A stretch of 63,969 nucleotides of DNA, the filler included, from Octopus bimaculoides (Eukaryota), in the NCBI RefSeq assembly GCF_001194135.2. It is 4 parts of 4 records of this genome, joined end to end, with 100 filler letters (N's around TTAATTAATTAA, not from the genome) between each part and the next. Parts side by side here need not be neighbours in the genome. Positions count along the whole stretch, not along the records: positions 1 to 22,217 come from NC_068991.1; 3 more parts are not named here. One strand, 5' to 3'. Shown one piece after another: positions 1 to 13,655 of this stretch. The notes beneath the pieces were generated by a model. The model was not told the DNA's origin. It ran no database searches and was given only the letters and a program-made list of their open reading frames with translations. The translations under genes and the position numbers were made by a program. Position 1 is the stretch's first letter. The number at the start of each line of letters is the position of its first letter.

Positions 1-22
1 ATATATATATATATATATATAT

Positions 23-290
23 AATTAATGATGATTGCTTCATCTTGACAGATGATAGCTGTCCCATCAATGCACACACTACATCCCATCACACAGTACA
101 ATCACTCCGTTGATGAGCCCTCAGATGATTTTTAAGACCAGCTGCTGACTGATAGGGTTTAAAACACAAGTGACAGATATTATACAAGTTTCTTCTATAT
201 CTTTGCCCTTTGGAATCTGATTCTGAAGGAATGTTTTTGTGAACTAGCTTATGCCTTTTAAGTCCAGATATTGTCTTACAAGTTTTTTGG
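23..290 (-). mobile_element. C2H2 zinc-finger-coding fragment, probably the 3' end of a 5'-truncated LINE (RTE-like C-terminus)
   Basis: The frame gives CHLCFKPYQSAAGLKNHLRAH (intact C2H2) and a degenerate finger (CKTISGLKRHKLVH), then a stop and a short tail ending ATCATCATT. No splice acceptor was seen; the 5' side runs into (TG)n. Confidence 0.45.
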
Positions 291-376
291 TGGGGGTGAC
301 AAACACAGACACACACACACATAAATATATATCATATTATATCATATTATATTATTTCATAATAGAACTGCTGCTA

Positions 377-625
<249 letters not shown>

Positions 626-759
626 TTAAAAGGGTCTAAAATAATGAAAAACAATTTCATTTATTTTCATTTTTGCACTTACCCCCCCCCCCCNNNNNNN
701 NNNNNNNTAATGAAAAACAATTTCATTTATTTTCATTTTTGCACTTACCCCCCCCCCCC

Positions 760-1330
760 AGTAGAGGCAGCAACCAACCTTCTTTTCAGGTGCTGAATAA
801 CATCTCTCCTTCCTGTGTTACCTCCCATATCTCTTTCCCAGTTTTCAGAGTTGGCACTGTAAATGTAGGCACATTGAAGTGTAGGTCTAGTGAGATTGTA
901 GAGATGCTTGAATGGAGACGTGTTGATGTATGTTGCATACAAGAGGTAAGGTGGAGAGGAGCTTCAGCCAGAGTACTCACAGGCAGAGCACATAGGTATA
1001 AACTTTCCTAGGAAGGTAATAGTGATGGAATAGGGGGTGTGGGCATACTTCTTGCAGAGAAATGGACGGTGAAGGTCATAGATGTAGTGAGGGTGTGCGA
1101 TAGAGTATTTAAATTCAGGCTAGTCTTGCAGAATGGTATAGCTACAATTATTTCTGCCTATGCCCCACAAGTGGGCCAACCAAATGAACAGAAGGATCAC
1201 CTTTATGATATTCTTCTGCAGGCTACCACAAAGATGAGTGACAATGATCTCATCTCTGTGACTGGAGAATTTAATGGGTATGTCAGACAGCAATCTGGTA
1301 TCTTCCATGGTGTACAAGACACTTTATTTC
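760..1330 (+). mobile_element. RTE-clade LINE fragment, APE endonuclease, decayed
   Basis: Contains RVGTVNVGTL...DVCCIQEVRW...GVGILL...IISAYAPQVG...GEFNGYV, with an in-frame stop at about 1009. Confidence 0.85.
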
Positions 1331-1675
1331 ACGCTGTTCCAGTTCATTCAGGTATCGAAATGAGTTGTGACATCACTGGTGCCAAGCTGTATCAGCCTTT
1401 GCCTTTCTCTTGAACAACATTGGTGGCATGGAGAGGGGAGGCTGGCATGCATGGGCGACTGCTTGTCTTCCATAAACAAGCTTGCTTGGACTTGTGCCTT
1501 GGAGAACTTTCTAGGTGCTGAAGGGGGTCTTTACCCTTAAAAGGAATGTAAATTAGGTTATGGTTATTTTGCTAACGACTTTGCCCACTCTCAAATTTGT
1601 TATTTTAAAAAATTTATTGAAATATTCTGTGCTTCAGTATGGCTTTTAAATGTGCTGGCTGAGACAAAGTAAAAT

Positions 1676-1735
<60 letters not shown>

Positions 1736-2080
1736 AAAAAGAAAGAAAAAAGAAAGAAAGTAGAGAGAAAGAAAGGAATGATGGAAGAAAGGAAGGAAGA
1801 AAGAACAGAGAATGAATAAAGAAAGCAGAAAGAAAAAAACTAAAGAAAGAAAGAAAAAAGAATTAATGGAAAATGAAAAAGAATAAATAAAGAAATGAAA
1901 GAAAGAAAACAGAAAGAACAGAAAATAGAAAGAAAGAATAAATAAGAAATGTATAAAAGGAAGAAAGAATAAAAGAATTAAAGAAAGAAAATAGAAAAGA
2001 AAAAAGTTTAATCAATGAATAAAAATAATTAAAAACAGAAAAAAAGAATAAAGAAAAGAAAGGAAGAAGAAAAGAAAGAG
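1676..2080. repeat. (GAAA)n microsatellite decaying into a purine-rich tract
   Basis: Direct reading of the sequence. Confidence 0.95.
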
Positions 2081-3117
2081 CTTTCAGCAGTCTGTTATTG
2101 TTTGAAAAATGTTCATAGAATTACATAGTCAATATCTTTGAATTAGCCACTATCAGTGCTCAATGTAGTTTTAATTGGTCTTCAGGGCCATTTTAATTAT
2201 GACTTTGTTAATTGGTAACATTATGAAAATATTTAACACTTTTACAATAGAATGTCATATTTCTATTTACATACCAACTAATTATTTCAACTAATTGATT
2301 GAATATGAAGTCTAGTTTATGAAAAATTTTAAATAAATTAGTTGGAATAGGAGGAGGAGCTGTATGCAATGCATGACATTTGCATGACATTTGCAGCTCG
2401 TTATATGCTAACGAGATTGATGCACGCTGATTTCCATTCTGAACTTTATTTGCAGGTCATTAGGTCTATTAATAAAAAAATTTTTTAACCCCCCCCCCAA
2501 ACAAACAAACATAAGAATGGAAGAAAAAGCAGTAGGTGCTCCTAGCTCTATGTTTTGACCAATCATGTGATAGATTCTTCTTGATCCTCCTGAAACATTT
2601 TGGTACAAGGGTTATAGAAAGGCTTGTCTTTAGCACTAACTTTCAGTGTGTGATGACAACCCACTGTCCAACTCCATACACTTTCTTGCTATCTATAATA
2701 GTCATTTTAATGACTCCTGCTCAACCTGGATACACCATTATAGTTGACTGATATAAACCTAATGTGCATATCTTTTCCTGTCTTTGCAAGCTTCAGTACA
2801 GAGCTTTTGTAATCAACTATTTATGAATGCTGCAGAATTATTTTTTCAATTGTGTTGACTGGTTTATGGAAACTTCCTAATTCATGACCAACCAGAATAT
2901 TACTTGTGTGGTGAAATACAAGTTACAATTAAGTGTTTGCATGGTGTTGTTATATCATTCATACACAGCCTCGCATGCATACCCTCACGGCAACAATGGT
3001 ATTGCATAAATATTCAGTATTTTTAATGTTGATGATGTTGGCATTAGGAAGGGCATCCACCTATAGAAACCCAGTCAAAACACACTATGGAACCTGATGC
3101 AGCCCTTTGCCTTGCCA

Positions 3118-3163
<46 letters not shown>

Positions 3164-3326
3164 NNNNNNNNNNNNNNNNNNNNNNNNNNNNNNNNNNNNN
3201 NNNNNNNNNNNNNNNNNNNNNNNNNNNNNNNNNNNNNNNNNNNNNNNNNNNNNNNNNNNNNNNNNNNNNNNNNNNNNNNNNNNNNNNNNNNNNNNNNNNN
3301 NNNNNNNNNNNNNNNNNNNNNNNNNN

Positions 3327-3378
<52 letters not shown>

Positions 3379-3420
3379 AACAATAACAATAACAATAACA
3401 ATAACAATAATAATTATTAC
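3118..3420. repeat. (GAC)n grading into (AAC/AAT)n, with an internal gap
   Basis: Direct reading; explains the poly-R/D/T ORFs in the track. Confidence 0.95.
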
Positions 3421-3479
3421 AACAATAATAATAGTTTTCAATTGATAATAATTTTTGATTTAGGCATAAATTCAGCAAT

Positions 3480-3660
3480 TTTGAGGGGTGGGTGTTAATA
3501 GATAATATCAACCCCAGTACTTGACAGGTACTTTATTTTATTGACCCCAGAAGGTGAAAAGCAAGGTTGACCTCAGCAGGATTCGGACTCAAAACATAAA
3601 GAGCTTGATGAAATACCACAAGGAATTTTTTTTCTGACGCTCTAACAATTCTGCCATTCC
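3480..3660 (-). mobile_element. tRNA-derived SINE, family A (GAGCTGGCAGAATCGTTAG head)
   Basis: Degenerate reverse-complement match to the copies at 6903 and 38086. Confidence 0.8.
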
Positions 3661-3802
3661 ACAAAGGAGTGGATAAGGTACAAGAATAGGTTACAAAAAG
3701 TGTATGTGGATATGTGCTGTATGTTTGTGTATTTGGTGGTGGCGGCGGTGGGGATTTGTTTACAGATTCAATAAATAAATAAAGAGAAATGGAAAAAAAT
3801 GA

Positions 3803-3817
3803 GTTGCCATTGGCAAC
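3803..3817. promoter_or_regulatory. RFX X-box-like palindrome in a CDKL1 intron
   Basis: GTTGCC-ATT-GGCAAC fits GTNRCC-N(0-3)-RGYAAC and lies 10 nt into the intron after the HRD/DFG exon. Confidence 0.5.
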
Positions 3818-3822
3818 AGCTA

Positions 3823-3918
<96 letters not shown>

Positions 3919-4649
3919 CTAACATGAAAGGTGGGAGAAAAACAAGGAGACAATGAGAACGGATTAGATTTGGGATGGTGTGTGGTGGTGGTGGTGGTGG
4001 TGTTGGTGGGGAGAGGAGGTATTGATGTTGCAATTGTTATTTTACCACCCAAGTCCATCTACCCGTCTAGTGATCAAGCAGACTTGCGATCAAAGGTGTT
4101 CCAGTCATGACCATTCCATCATATTTTTTTTTCAGAACCACATTATTCACCATACTATTTGTTGATAATATATGGCATGATTTTTAAAAGAAATTTGGTT
4201 GCTATTTCTAGCAGGTCAAATTGCCACATAAGAGCTTCCTTGATAGCTCATGTTGATGAATTTATTTGACAATACAATGGTGATGACAATCAATAACCAA
4301 GAAACAATACTGTCATCGATTTCGTTGCTGTCAGCAGCAGTGGTAGTATTGTTTCTTAGTTATTGATCAGCCTTGATTGAGTGACTCTATAATCAAATGT
4401 GTTCCAACTGTGTGGATTCCATCTTTATTTTTGGCATAAAATAGTGTCTCTAGGATTTGTTTTTGAGTTAGACCTGAGGGAGATTTGACTGCTATTTGTA
4501 GCATGTTAAATGTCCTCATAGAAGGGGCTGTACAGGAGAGTAATGAGTTGTACTATGTGTATGTATGCATGGATAACACACAAACACACACACACACACA
4601 CACACACAGACAGACAGAGACAGATAGACACACACATACTTATATTTAA

Positions 4650-4855
4650 TCTTTTCTACTCTAGTCCCAAAGCCCGAAATTTTTGGGGAGGGGGGGCAGT
4701 CAATTAGATCGACCCCAGTATACAACTGGTACTTAATTTATTGACCCCGAAAGGATGTAAGGCAAAGTTGACCTCGGTGGAATTTGAACTCAGAATGTAA
4801 AGACAGACGAAATACCGCCGAGCATTTCTCCTGACGTTCTAACATTTCTGCCAGC
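4650..4855 (-). mobile_element. tRNA-derived SINE, family A
   Basis: Reverse complement of the family A consensus (B-box GAGTTCAAATTCC, GGGGTCGAT core). Confidence 0.85.
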
Positions 4856-5289
4856 TCATCACCTTTGTACACATATTTATTGTCATCATCATCTAGTATC
4901 TGTCTTCCGTGCTAACATGGGTTGGATGGTTTTACAGGATCTGAGGATCCAGAGGACTGTGTTGACTTCCAATGTCTGCTTTGGCAGGTGGGGATTGATC
5001 ACAAGCAAGATTATTGGATAATAGTTATGAGTTCAGTTGGTCATGCTTGGGGACCCAGCTGGATCAATTGAAGACAATTGCCTTGCTTCTGACAGGACCT
5101 GATGGAAGGTGTGCTTGAGGACTCTTCCCCCATGACCCTCTCAGGAATAAGTGGACAAAGAAGATGAGATGAGATGTACCTGTGTATAAAGACACAGCAA
5201 AAATGGTCTGAGAGAGCAGCTAGGTTCTGAATATCAGTCAGCGTGTGCAAGAAAGATGAGTGTGATGTTATTACAGATGTGTATGGTGG

Positions 5290-5439
5290 CACATAAAAGC
5301 ACCCATTACACTTTCAGAGTGGTTAGCATCAGGAAGGACATCCAGCTGTAGAAACCATGCCAAATCAGACTGGAGTCTGGTACAGCCTTCCAGCTTGCCA
5401 GCCCTGGTCAAACTGTCCAACCCATGCGATGGACGTTAA

Positions 5440-5470
<31 letters not shown>
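5290..5470 (+). mobile_element. Retroposon 3' tail ending in (GAT)n (RTE-type LINE/SINE tail)
   Basis: AGGAAGGACATCCAGCTGTAGAAAC...GGACGTTAAATGATGATG; a related piece is at 3045-3120. Confidence 0.65.
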
Positions 5471-5848
5471 GGAGGAGGAGGAGGAGGAGGAAGATGAATG
5501 CTGGATTATAAAGTGTTGATGATGGGGAGTACACATGGAAAGGAAACTCTAGAATGACATGGGAAGAAATAGTGAGATCCAATCTCTCTATGTTTAGTTT
5601 CACTTGCAGTCGCAGGTGGGTTATGAAAGAAACCTGTGCTTCTTTATATATCTTGAGAGATCATGGACCATAGAGATTGACACCTAGAAAGTTCCATTCC
5701 TTGATGTAGGCATGGGTAAAGTTCTATCAACTGCACTTCCCCCTCTCTACACAACACATTTGCAACCTTGCGTCAGTGTGAGAACCAACCCTTGATAATT
5801 CAACCTGCTGTAAGGTGTATTTATACTAAGTTTAACTAAGTGGCTTAC

Positions 5849-5921
5849 CTTATGTTGATGACAGAAATTTACAGCTTTTAATGTTTGGTAAATGATTTTC
5901 TTCACTTGGTTTTCAGCTACT
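5849..5921 (-). CDS. CDKL1: CDKL1-like kinase, internal exon (73 nt)
   Basis: atttacag|AGTAGCTGAA...CATAAG|gtaagc. Translates (G)VAENQVKKIIYQTLKAVNFCHQHK; phases 2/0 fit both neighbouring exons. Confidence 0.96.
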
Positions 5922-5944
5922 CTGTAAATATAAATATAAGTATG

Positions 5945-6002
<58 letters not shown>

Positions 6003-6012
6003 NNNNNNNNNN

Positions 6013-6052
<40 letters not shown>

Positions 6053-6536
6053 TATATACAATCATGCACAATGTTGTATCTATTTAGTGTTGGGAAGTAT
6101 TTTAATTGGAAATACAACACAGTGTAAATGAAAAGAACTGAAATAAATTTAAATATTATAAAGCCTCACTGTAGGTTAAATAACAATGTAAACATTCTTT
6201 CTATACTATTGATGTGAGGAAAAAACAGAATTTGTTGAGGCAGATTTTCTATGGCTGGATGTCCTTCCTGTCAACAATCTTGTTTCCAAGCAAGGTAATA
6301 TTTTCCCGTGACATAACTGGACATGCTTTTATGGAAGACTGGAAATTAGTGACACTTATTATAAAACAAGGACATTCGTTTACGACTATCATGTGATTGT
6401 AAAGGTACACACACACACACAAACATGTACACCATTTCTCTTGTCTGAAACTAGATCTCAAAGCACATATAAAGCTACAAAAATGATAGCATGTAAATAT
6501 CAGGTTGAAAAAACCCTTTTGTACAGAAAAAGTTGA

Positions 6537-6609
6537 AGGCTGCCCATGGGTCTTGAACCCACATCTCTTGTAGACATAACAGGCTGTCTACCATTAGACC
6601 AAAGCAATC
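6537..6609 (-). pseudogene. tRNA-like cloverleaf (tRNA pseudogene or SINE head)
   Basis: A-box TGGTCTAATGG, T-arm GTGGG-TTCAAGA-CCCAT, anticodon arm CCTGT/ACAAG with a mismatch, and a damaged acceptor stem. Confidence 0.5.
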
Positions 6610-6902
6610 CTTCAAATTTCTCTATCCATTTTAGAAATTTTATTCTTACCTATGAGAATTGTATGTTGTTGGCATCATAAGAACTTATAAACTTTCAAGA
6701 GAAATTGAAAGGAATTAAATGTATACTTCATTTTTTTAAAGATAGTACAATCTGATTTCAGGTACTTTGGCTGCTATTTATAGCAAGTTGATTGACCACA
6801 TAAAATCTCTTTTATTGGCTCAAGAAACTCTTTGTTACCAACACAGGTAACAGCTTCTGAACTTATAATTATTTCATATACAGAAAACAGAATTTGATAA
6901 AA

Positions 6903-7535
<633 letters not shown>

Positions 7536-7667
7536 CATGATTGTTATTGTTGATTCTACTGTTGCAGCTGCTTACCTTGTTGTTGCTGCTGCCATCACCC
7601 TTGTTGTCATCATCATCAGATTGCCAATACACCTGTCATCCTCAGTTTGAAAATAAGACAAAAATAA

Positions 7668-7815
7668 TCTTTTCTACTATAGGCACAAGGCCTGAAATTT
7701 TAGGGGAGGGGGCAGTCAATTAAATCGACCTCAATATGCAACTGGTACTAAATTTATCAACCCTGAAAGGATGAAAGGAAAAGTCGACCTCAGTGGAATT
7801 TGAACTCAGAACATA
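7668..7815 (-). mobile_element. tRNA-derived SINE, family A, 5'-truncated
   Basis: Reverse-complement match to the family core and tail. Confidence 0.85.
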
Positions 7816-8224
7816 AAAAAATAAGACAAGAATAATGAAAAATGAAAAATACACAGAAGTACAGAAAATAAAAAATCAACTAAGCTATCCTAGATTTAAA
7901 TTTTGTTTATTTGTAATTAGTGAGCAAGTGAAACTTGATAATATCTCTTTTGTCTAGGAAGGAATGCAGAGTAGCCTAGTTGTGTACTGGCCCCCAAAGC
8001 ATAAGTTCTTGAGTTCAATTTTTGGACTGAGCAGTGTGTTGGGCCCTTGAACAAGGCACTTTATGTTGCTCTTGTCCCTTCATGAATACAGAAAATAGTA
8101 TTAGCCTAGTGATAGTGTAGTCCTTTCTCATCCCATCCATCACATTCTGGATGTTATACTAGCCCAAGGGTGGAAAGAGGGTCATGAGGATATCTACTTC
8201 TGCATGTGGTATATATATTTTTTT

Positions 8225-8432
8225 ATTGCCCACAAAGGGCTAAACATAGAGGGGACAACAAGGGATTAAGTGGATTACATCGACTCCAGTGCATAACTGG
8301 TACTTATTTAATCGACCCCGAAAGGATGAAAGGCAAAGTCGACCTCGGCGGAATTTGAACTTAGAACCTAACGGCAGACGGAATAGCGCTAAGCATTTCG
8401 CCCGGCATGCTAACGTTTCCGCCAGCTCAACC
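8225..8432 (-). mobile_element. tRNA-derived SINE, family A, near full length
   Basis: Reverse complement aligns along 6903-7135. Confidence 0.9.
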
Positions 8433-9323
8433 TAAAAGAATTAATGAAAGCATGGTATGACATACCAAGTCTTATTCATTAATGAATGATGTCTCATTGT
8501 AGTTTAACTGCTTCAAAAAATTTAAGCCCAGATATTTTGGCAAAGCTCTTACTGATATCTTATCACAATTTTTGTAATGTTTATGGCTAGCAAGACTCAA
8601 CTAGTTTGAGGAAAAAAATTCAGAGACACCTTATCTGAGATTCTTGAATTGTATTGAGAAAGTTAGGCACGGTGATTTTATAGAAAATCTTAACATCTTA
8701 TCCTAGTGCACTTTATCTGGGTTTCATTAACAACAACAAGAAGAAGAATAAGACTAAATAGTTTGAGGAAATGCCCAAATAAATCACACCTTATCTAATT
8801 TCTTTAACACCATGTATGGGTTAACTTGAATGAGTTTTTGATAAGTCTTAGGTTTAAGTGACACTTTATCAAAGATCTTTAAACCCTTTTGATAGCAATC
8901 TGCCCGAGACTGACCCTATTTTATGATACAAAACCTTCTATTTTAAAATCTTTACAGTTAAATTAAAATTTTCCCTCATATCATCATCGTTTTAATGTCT
9001 GTTTTTCCACTCATGAATTCATTGAGGCATATTTTCTATGGCTGGATGCTCTTCCTGTTGCCACTCCTCACCTGTTTGTTATGCGGTGGGACTAAATCTG
9101 AAGCCATGTGGTTACAAAACTTCTTACCATATAGCCATGCACCTTACTATATGTATACATACACACACACACATACACACACACACACACACACANNNNN
9201 NNNNNNNNNNNNNNNNNNNNNNNNNNNNNNNNNNNNNNNNNNNNNNNNNNNNNNNNNNNNNNNNNNNNNNNNNNNNNNNNNNNNNNNNNNNNNNNNNNNN
9301 NNNNNNNNNNNNNNNNNNNNNNA

Positions 9324-9358
<35 letters not shown>

Positions 9359-9384
9359 GTCTATATGAGTACAACAAAAATACA

Positions 9385-9715
9385 AATCTTTTATCCTTTA
9401 CTTGTTTCAGTCATTAGACTGTGGCCATGCTGGGGCACCACCTCGGAGAATTTTTAGTAAGTTATGGGGACATAAACACACCAACACCAGTTGGGAGTGG
9501 GTGGGATAAACACAGACATGAACACACACACACACACACACACACATACATGACAGGCTTCTTTCAGTTTCCTTCTACCAAATCCACTCACAAAGCTTTG
9601 GTTGACCTGAAGTTACAGGAAAAAACACTTGCCCAAGGTGTCATGCGCCATGACTGAACCCAGAACCATGTGGTTGGGAAGCAAGCTTCTTACCATACAG
9701 CTATTCCTGGAGAAA
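9385..9715 (-). mobile_element. tRNA-derived SINE, family B (CORE-like, CCTTGGGCAAGTGT)
   Basis: Reverse-complement match to the 61907-62322 copy. Confidence 0.8.
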
Positions 9716-11549
9716 ATCACATCTTTAATTAGTGAATCCACCACACAATACTGATGATTGTTTCTGTTGTGCTAACATATTTAAATACACAGAAAATGTC
9801 AGTCAAATTGATATATTTGAAAATACATCTTAATACAACATTATCAAGGCGATGCAAAATTGGTTAAATTCAAAGTGAACTAAGAAAATATTTCTAGTAG
9901 ACAAACATATACAAAAAGAACACGAAGAAGAAATATAATATTCTAAGAAAAGCTTGTTTGGTATTCAACTTTTGGTGATGTCAGTGTATAATGAAAGAAT
10001 AAAAAATAAGCATATGAATTTTATGTTGCAGCAATTAGAAACATAGAGGTTCTATGTCATGATAATTAATTATCTAGCTATTAAATAATCTAAATATTTT
10101 TAGAAAAATTATGTTTATTATATTATATAAAAGCAATTATAATTAAGAATTGAAATATTTAAATGCTTTTCTAAATTTGTGACAACATTTCAATGTAAAA
10201 TTGCCATCATAATTTAATAATATCAATTTAGAAGTAATTATATAATACAAGTGAAGAATAGTGGAGAATGCTTATTTTAACCGAAGGTACAAGTTATGCC
10301 TAGTTGAGAAAAGAATACTGTTCAAGAACTCTCTTCATATAGGTGGAGACTTTTCGTTCGTGCCCACATGAGGAAAGGTAAATGATTGCTTACCTGTGAG
10401 CTCAATCATGATCATAAATGTTAAGATTCCCAACATAATCTTTCCACCATCACAGTTCCCAGCAAAGTTCCTACCATACACACATAAACTTAAATACTCA
10501 TATTGTCCCACACACGGGGTCAAAAGTTTGGGCACCCAATTCCTCCTCCAATAAACTTCTACACACATATCTATCCTGAACATATACCAATCCTTTAACC
10601 TTCCGCATACACACATAACAACTCATTACGGTTTTTGCTGACATCAGAATTCATCCAGTTTTTTTTTTTGTTTTTTGGATACAGCTCTTGATGGACCCTC
10701 CTTAACCATTTCCCGTTTCACCTTTTTCACAGCACCCATCAACTGGATGTGAAATTTCCCCACCTCAAGTAACAGAGAGTTGTGGCCATTTTTCCATACC
10801 GGCCATCTCTGATGAGTATACTTTATTAGGTAATCGTCTGCTAAAATCTGGCGCAAAACTGATTGGTAAGATCGGCTGTAATGGATCTATAATACTGTAT
10901 ATTTTTAATTATATGTATATATAATACACACACACAAATATACGTATATGTATGAATGTGTGTGTGTGCATGCACGTGTGTGTGTGAACGTGTGCGTGTA
11001 TACACGTGTGCGTGAATATACATAAATATATACATAGATAAATATATATATATACATATACATAAACCTGCATGCATGTATATGTGTGTGTATGTATGTG
11101 TGTATGTGTGTACACATATATATATGTACCTACATACATGTACACACACACACACATATTCACATATCCCCCTTTTACATACACACACATATATTCACAC
11201 AGAGTTGAAACGCTGTTTGATTTATTTTTTCAGCGTACAATTTTCATCATCCCACTACCAAGTATGACATCACCCCTTCCTTCCTTCCTTATTCATCTAT
11301 CACCCCCTTCCTTTCTCACTCATAAACACAAGAGTATTATTATAGTAGATTATCTCGGTAACCATGGGAGCTATGAAAAAATACAAAGCCCAGCATCACC
11401 ACCGGATCATTCTACACATCTGTGTAATTTTTCGCGTAATTCCACCCAACCGTTTGACTATGAATCCCAAGACAAGAAAGAATCACCCATGTCAAATTTA
11501 TATGTATAGATATATATACATATATACAGTATATATCTGTATTATATAT

Positions 11550-11584
<35 letters not shown>

Positions 11585-11795
11585 NNNNNNNNNNNNNNNN
11601 NNNNNNNNNNNNNNNNNNNNNNNNNNNNNNNNNNNNNNNNNNNACACACAAGCAGAAGCAAAGAAAGAAATACATCAAATGGAAGTTATTCTCAGAAAGA
11701 GAAATTGGAAAAATACAGATAGGAGGGCAAATAAACTTTATACATACATACATACATACATACATATATGCGTACGTACATACATACATAGATAT

Positions 11796-11826
<31 letters not shown>

Positions 11827-12261
11827 CATACATACATACATGCGTGCGTGCATACATACATAAGACATTTATAACAATTAAAGACGTAGTCCGTTGGTGG
11901 CAGTCAGTTGCACACTTGATATCAATGTGGTAAAACAAATAGAGAAGATAGTTGATGACATTTATATACCACTGACAAAGAGTTTCCAAATCTATTCCCG
12001 TAAATCAATCTTTCACTTTTTATACCCTTTATTATTGGAGAAAACAGGCTATGGACCAACTCGAGTCGATCGAAGTACGGCTGAACTTGGATTCTGGGGG
12101 ATAAAGAACGTAGCTGTATAATTGTTGCATGAAAAACGAGCAAAGGCATTTGGGACGATATAAGTCTGTTAGTGCTGAAAATTTGAAAGGTAGAATACAT
12201 ACATACATACATACATGCATACATACATACATACATACATACATACATACATACATACGTT

Positions 12262-12955
12262 TTGGCACTGGATACATTATCGTTTCTACTACAGAAAACA
12301 AATGGTTATATGCTACGATCTTCAACTGCCAGAAAAATCAATGTAACTCATAATTTCTTTGTAGACGACCTGAAGATTTATGCTAAAAATGTTAACAATG
12401 GCAAAAAGCAAAAAAACAAAAAACAAAACAAAAAAAAAACAACTGGAATTACTAACAACATTTTCAGCTGATACAGGCATGAAATTTGTCCCCCCCCCCC
12501 AAACGTCCATATTTGATTATAGAACGAGGAAAGTCAGTCCCTCAAACCCAAGACCTGTGCAACAGCGGTCTCTCTATCTCCCCCATTCCACACAAATAAT
12601 GTTACAAGTACCTAGGCATAGACGAAAATGCATCATATGAAACCACTGTGAATAAAGATAGAGTGACCCGAGAATATTACACCAGACTTAGGAAAACATG
12701 GCAGTCGGAACTCTCCTCTTACAACAAAACAACATCCCACAATGCATTTGCGGTACCAGTGCTGATCTGTAGAGCGTCACTGTCTCTCTTGTGCACCAGG
12801 TACTTTGTGGCAATCTCCTGTTCCTGAACAGGAGATTGGTCCGTAGAGGAATTTCACTCCATAGATATTAAAACCCGCAAAGTCCTGACAACAACAGGGA
12901 ACTTCTATGCCAAGCTTTTGACATGATCAATGGTTTACGTTTGCGTCTTCTCAGT
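12262..12955 (+). mobile_element. R4/Dong-type (RLE) LINE fragment, RT C-terminal part
   Basis: Contains HNFFVDDLKIYAKN, FSADTGMKF, YKYLGIDEN and TRLRKTWQSEL, with frameshifts. Confidence 0.8.
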
Positions 12956-12959
12956 GAAT

Positions 12960-13510
12960 TGGTTCATTTTTTTTTATTTTGTGCTTGTGATAAATAAATT
13001 TTACCAATGCTTCTTCGGGGAAGATCTTTATCAGCTCTTATTTCATACCTCTTCTCAAATTCATTTGCTATCCTAATTATGTTGTTGATTTCATGGTCGC
13101 AAACTTCGGTAAGATAGTCACTGGTCTCTTTCCTTTGCTGCAGATGTTGTCTCATTGTCACAATTCGAGCTTCATATGACATCAGTACCGATGTCATATG
13201 AAGCAAAGCCATCATACTCGCGTGGGAAGTATAGCCTGTCTACATCTCCACCGATGTCGAAGTTTCCTGTAACACTGAGTAGCTAGCGAGTTCGAACATC
13301 CATCTCACTGAGTTCTTGTAATGACCAGTTCAGAAGGCCGAACATAGGTATGAAGGCAGGCACTGAAAAGGTGCTGTGGGCAATATGCTTGGTCTAAGCT
13401 TGGAGTTCTGATAACCATATTCTCTTTACTCTCCTGAGGTATTCGTTCCTGGTCCTCTTCTTATTTACGTGTCCATCATATTTCACATTCTCATCCTGTT
13501 AAAGATACCT
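12960..13510 (-). mobile_element. R4/Dong-type LINE fragment (post-RT), tail-to-tail with the previous piece
   Basis: Contains NEYLRRVKRIWLSEL, DVDRLYFPRE and SYEARIVTMRQHL. Confidence 0.75.
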
Positions 13511-13587
13511 ATAACTATCACTTTACTGTAGAGGTTGTATTGTCAAGCCATTCATTGATTCAGTGGGGGTGGGGGGGGGGAAGAAAG

Positions 13588-13655
<68 letters not shown>

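Noticed and set aside
642-759. 52-bp direct duplication on either side of a 14-N gap
   Set aside because: Identical copies ending in poly-C across a gap point to an uncollapsed contig overlap. The GTAAGT 73 nt upstream of the CDKL1 acceptor has no plausible exon before it.
1440-1530. RTE-associated segment tried as an HDV-like ribozyme
   Set aside because: I could not close P2/P3 or find the J4/2 motif in this degenerate copy.
3044-3511. Long ORFs with poly-R/D/T/S/V runs, and similar ORFs at 15202, 23446, 43538 and 58993-60514
   Set aside because: They are produced by microsatellites and N-gaps, which contain no stops.
6537-6609. Functional tRNA gene
   Set aside because: Mismatched acceptor and anticodon stems and an atypical anticodon loop; kept only as tRNA-derived.
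9751-9810. CTGATGA...GAAA as a possible hammerhead; likewise CTGANGA hits at 10810, 16894, 21351, 30120 and 53570
   Set aside because: No consistent stems I-III or UH triplet; several lie in coding remnants.
10394-10470. Minus-strand segment ending in CAG|GTAAGC, considered as the missing CDKL1 exon
   Set aside because: Weak acceptor, a stop in the required phase, and no kinase motifs.
11340-11510. Protein-like stretch and GTAACCATGGGAGC X-box-like site
   Set aside because: No recognisable domain or good splice sites, and the second half-site departs from the X-box consensus.
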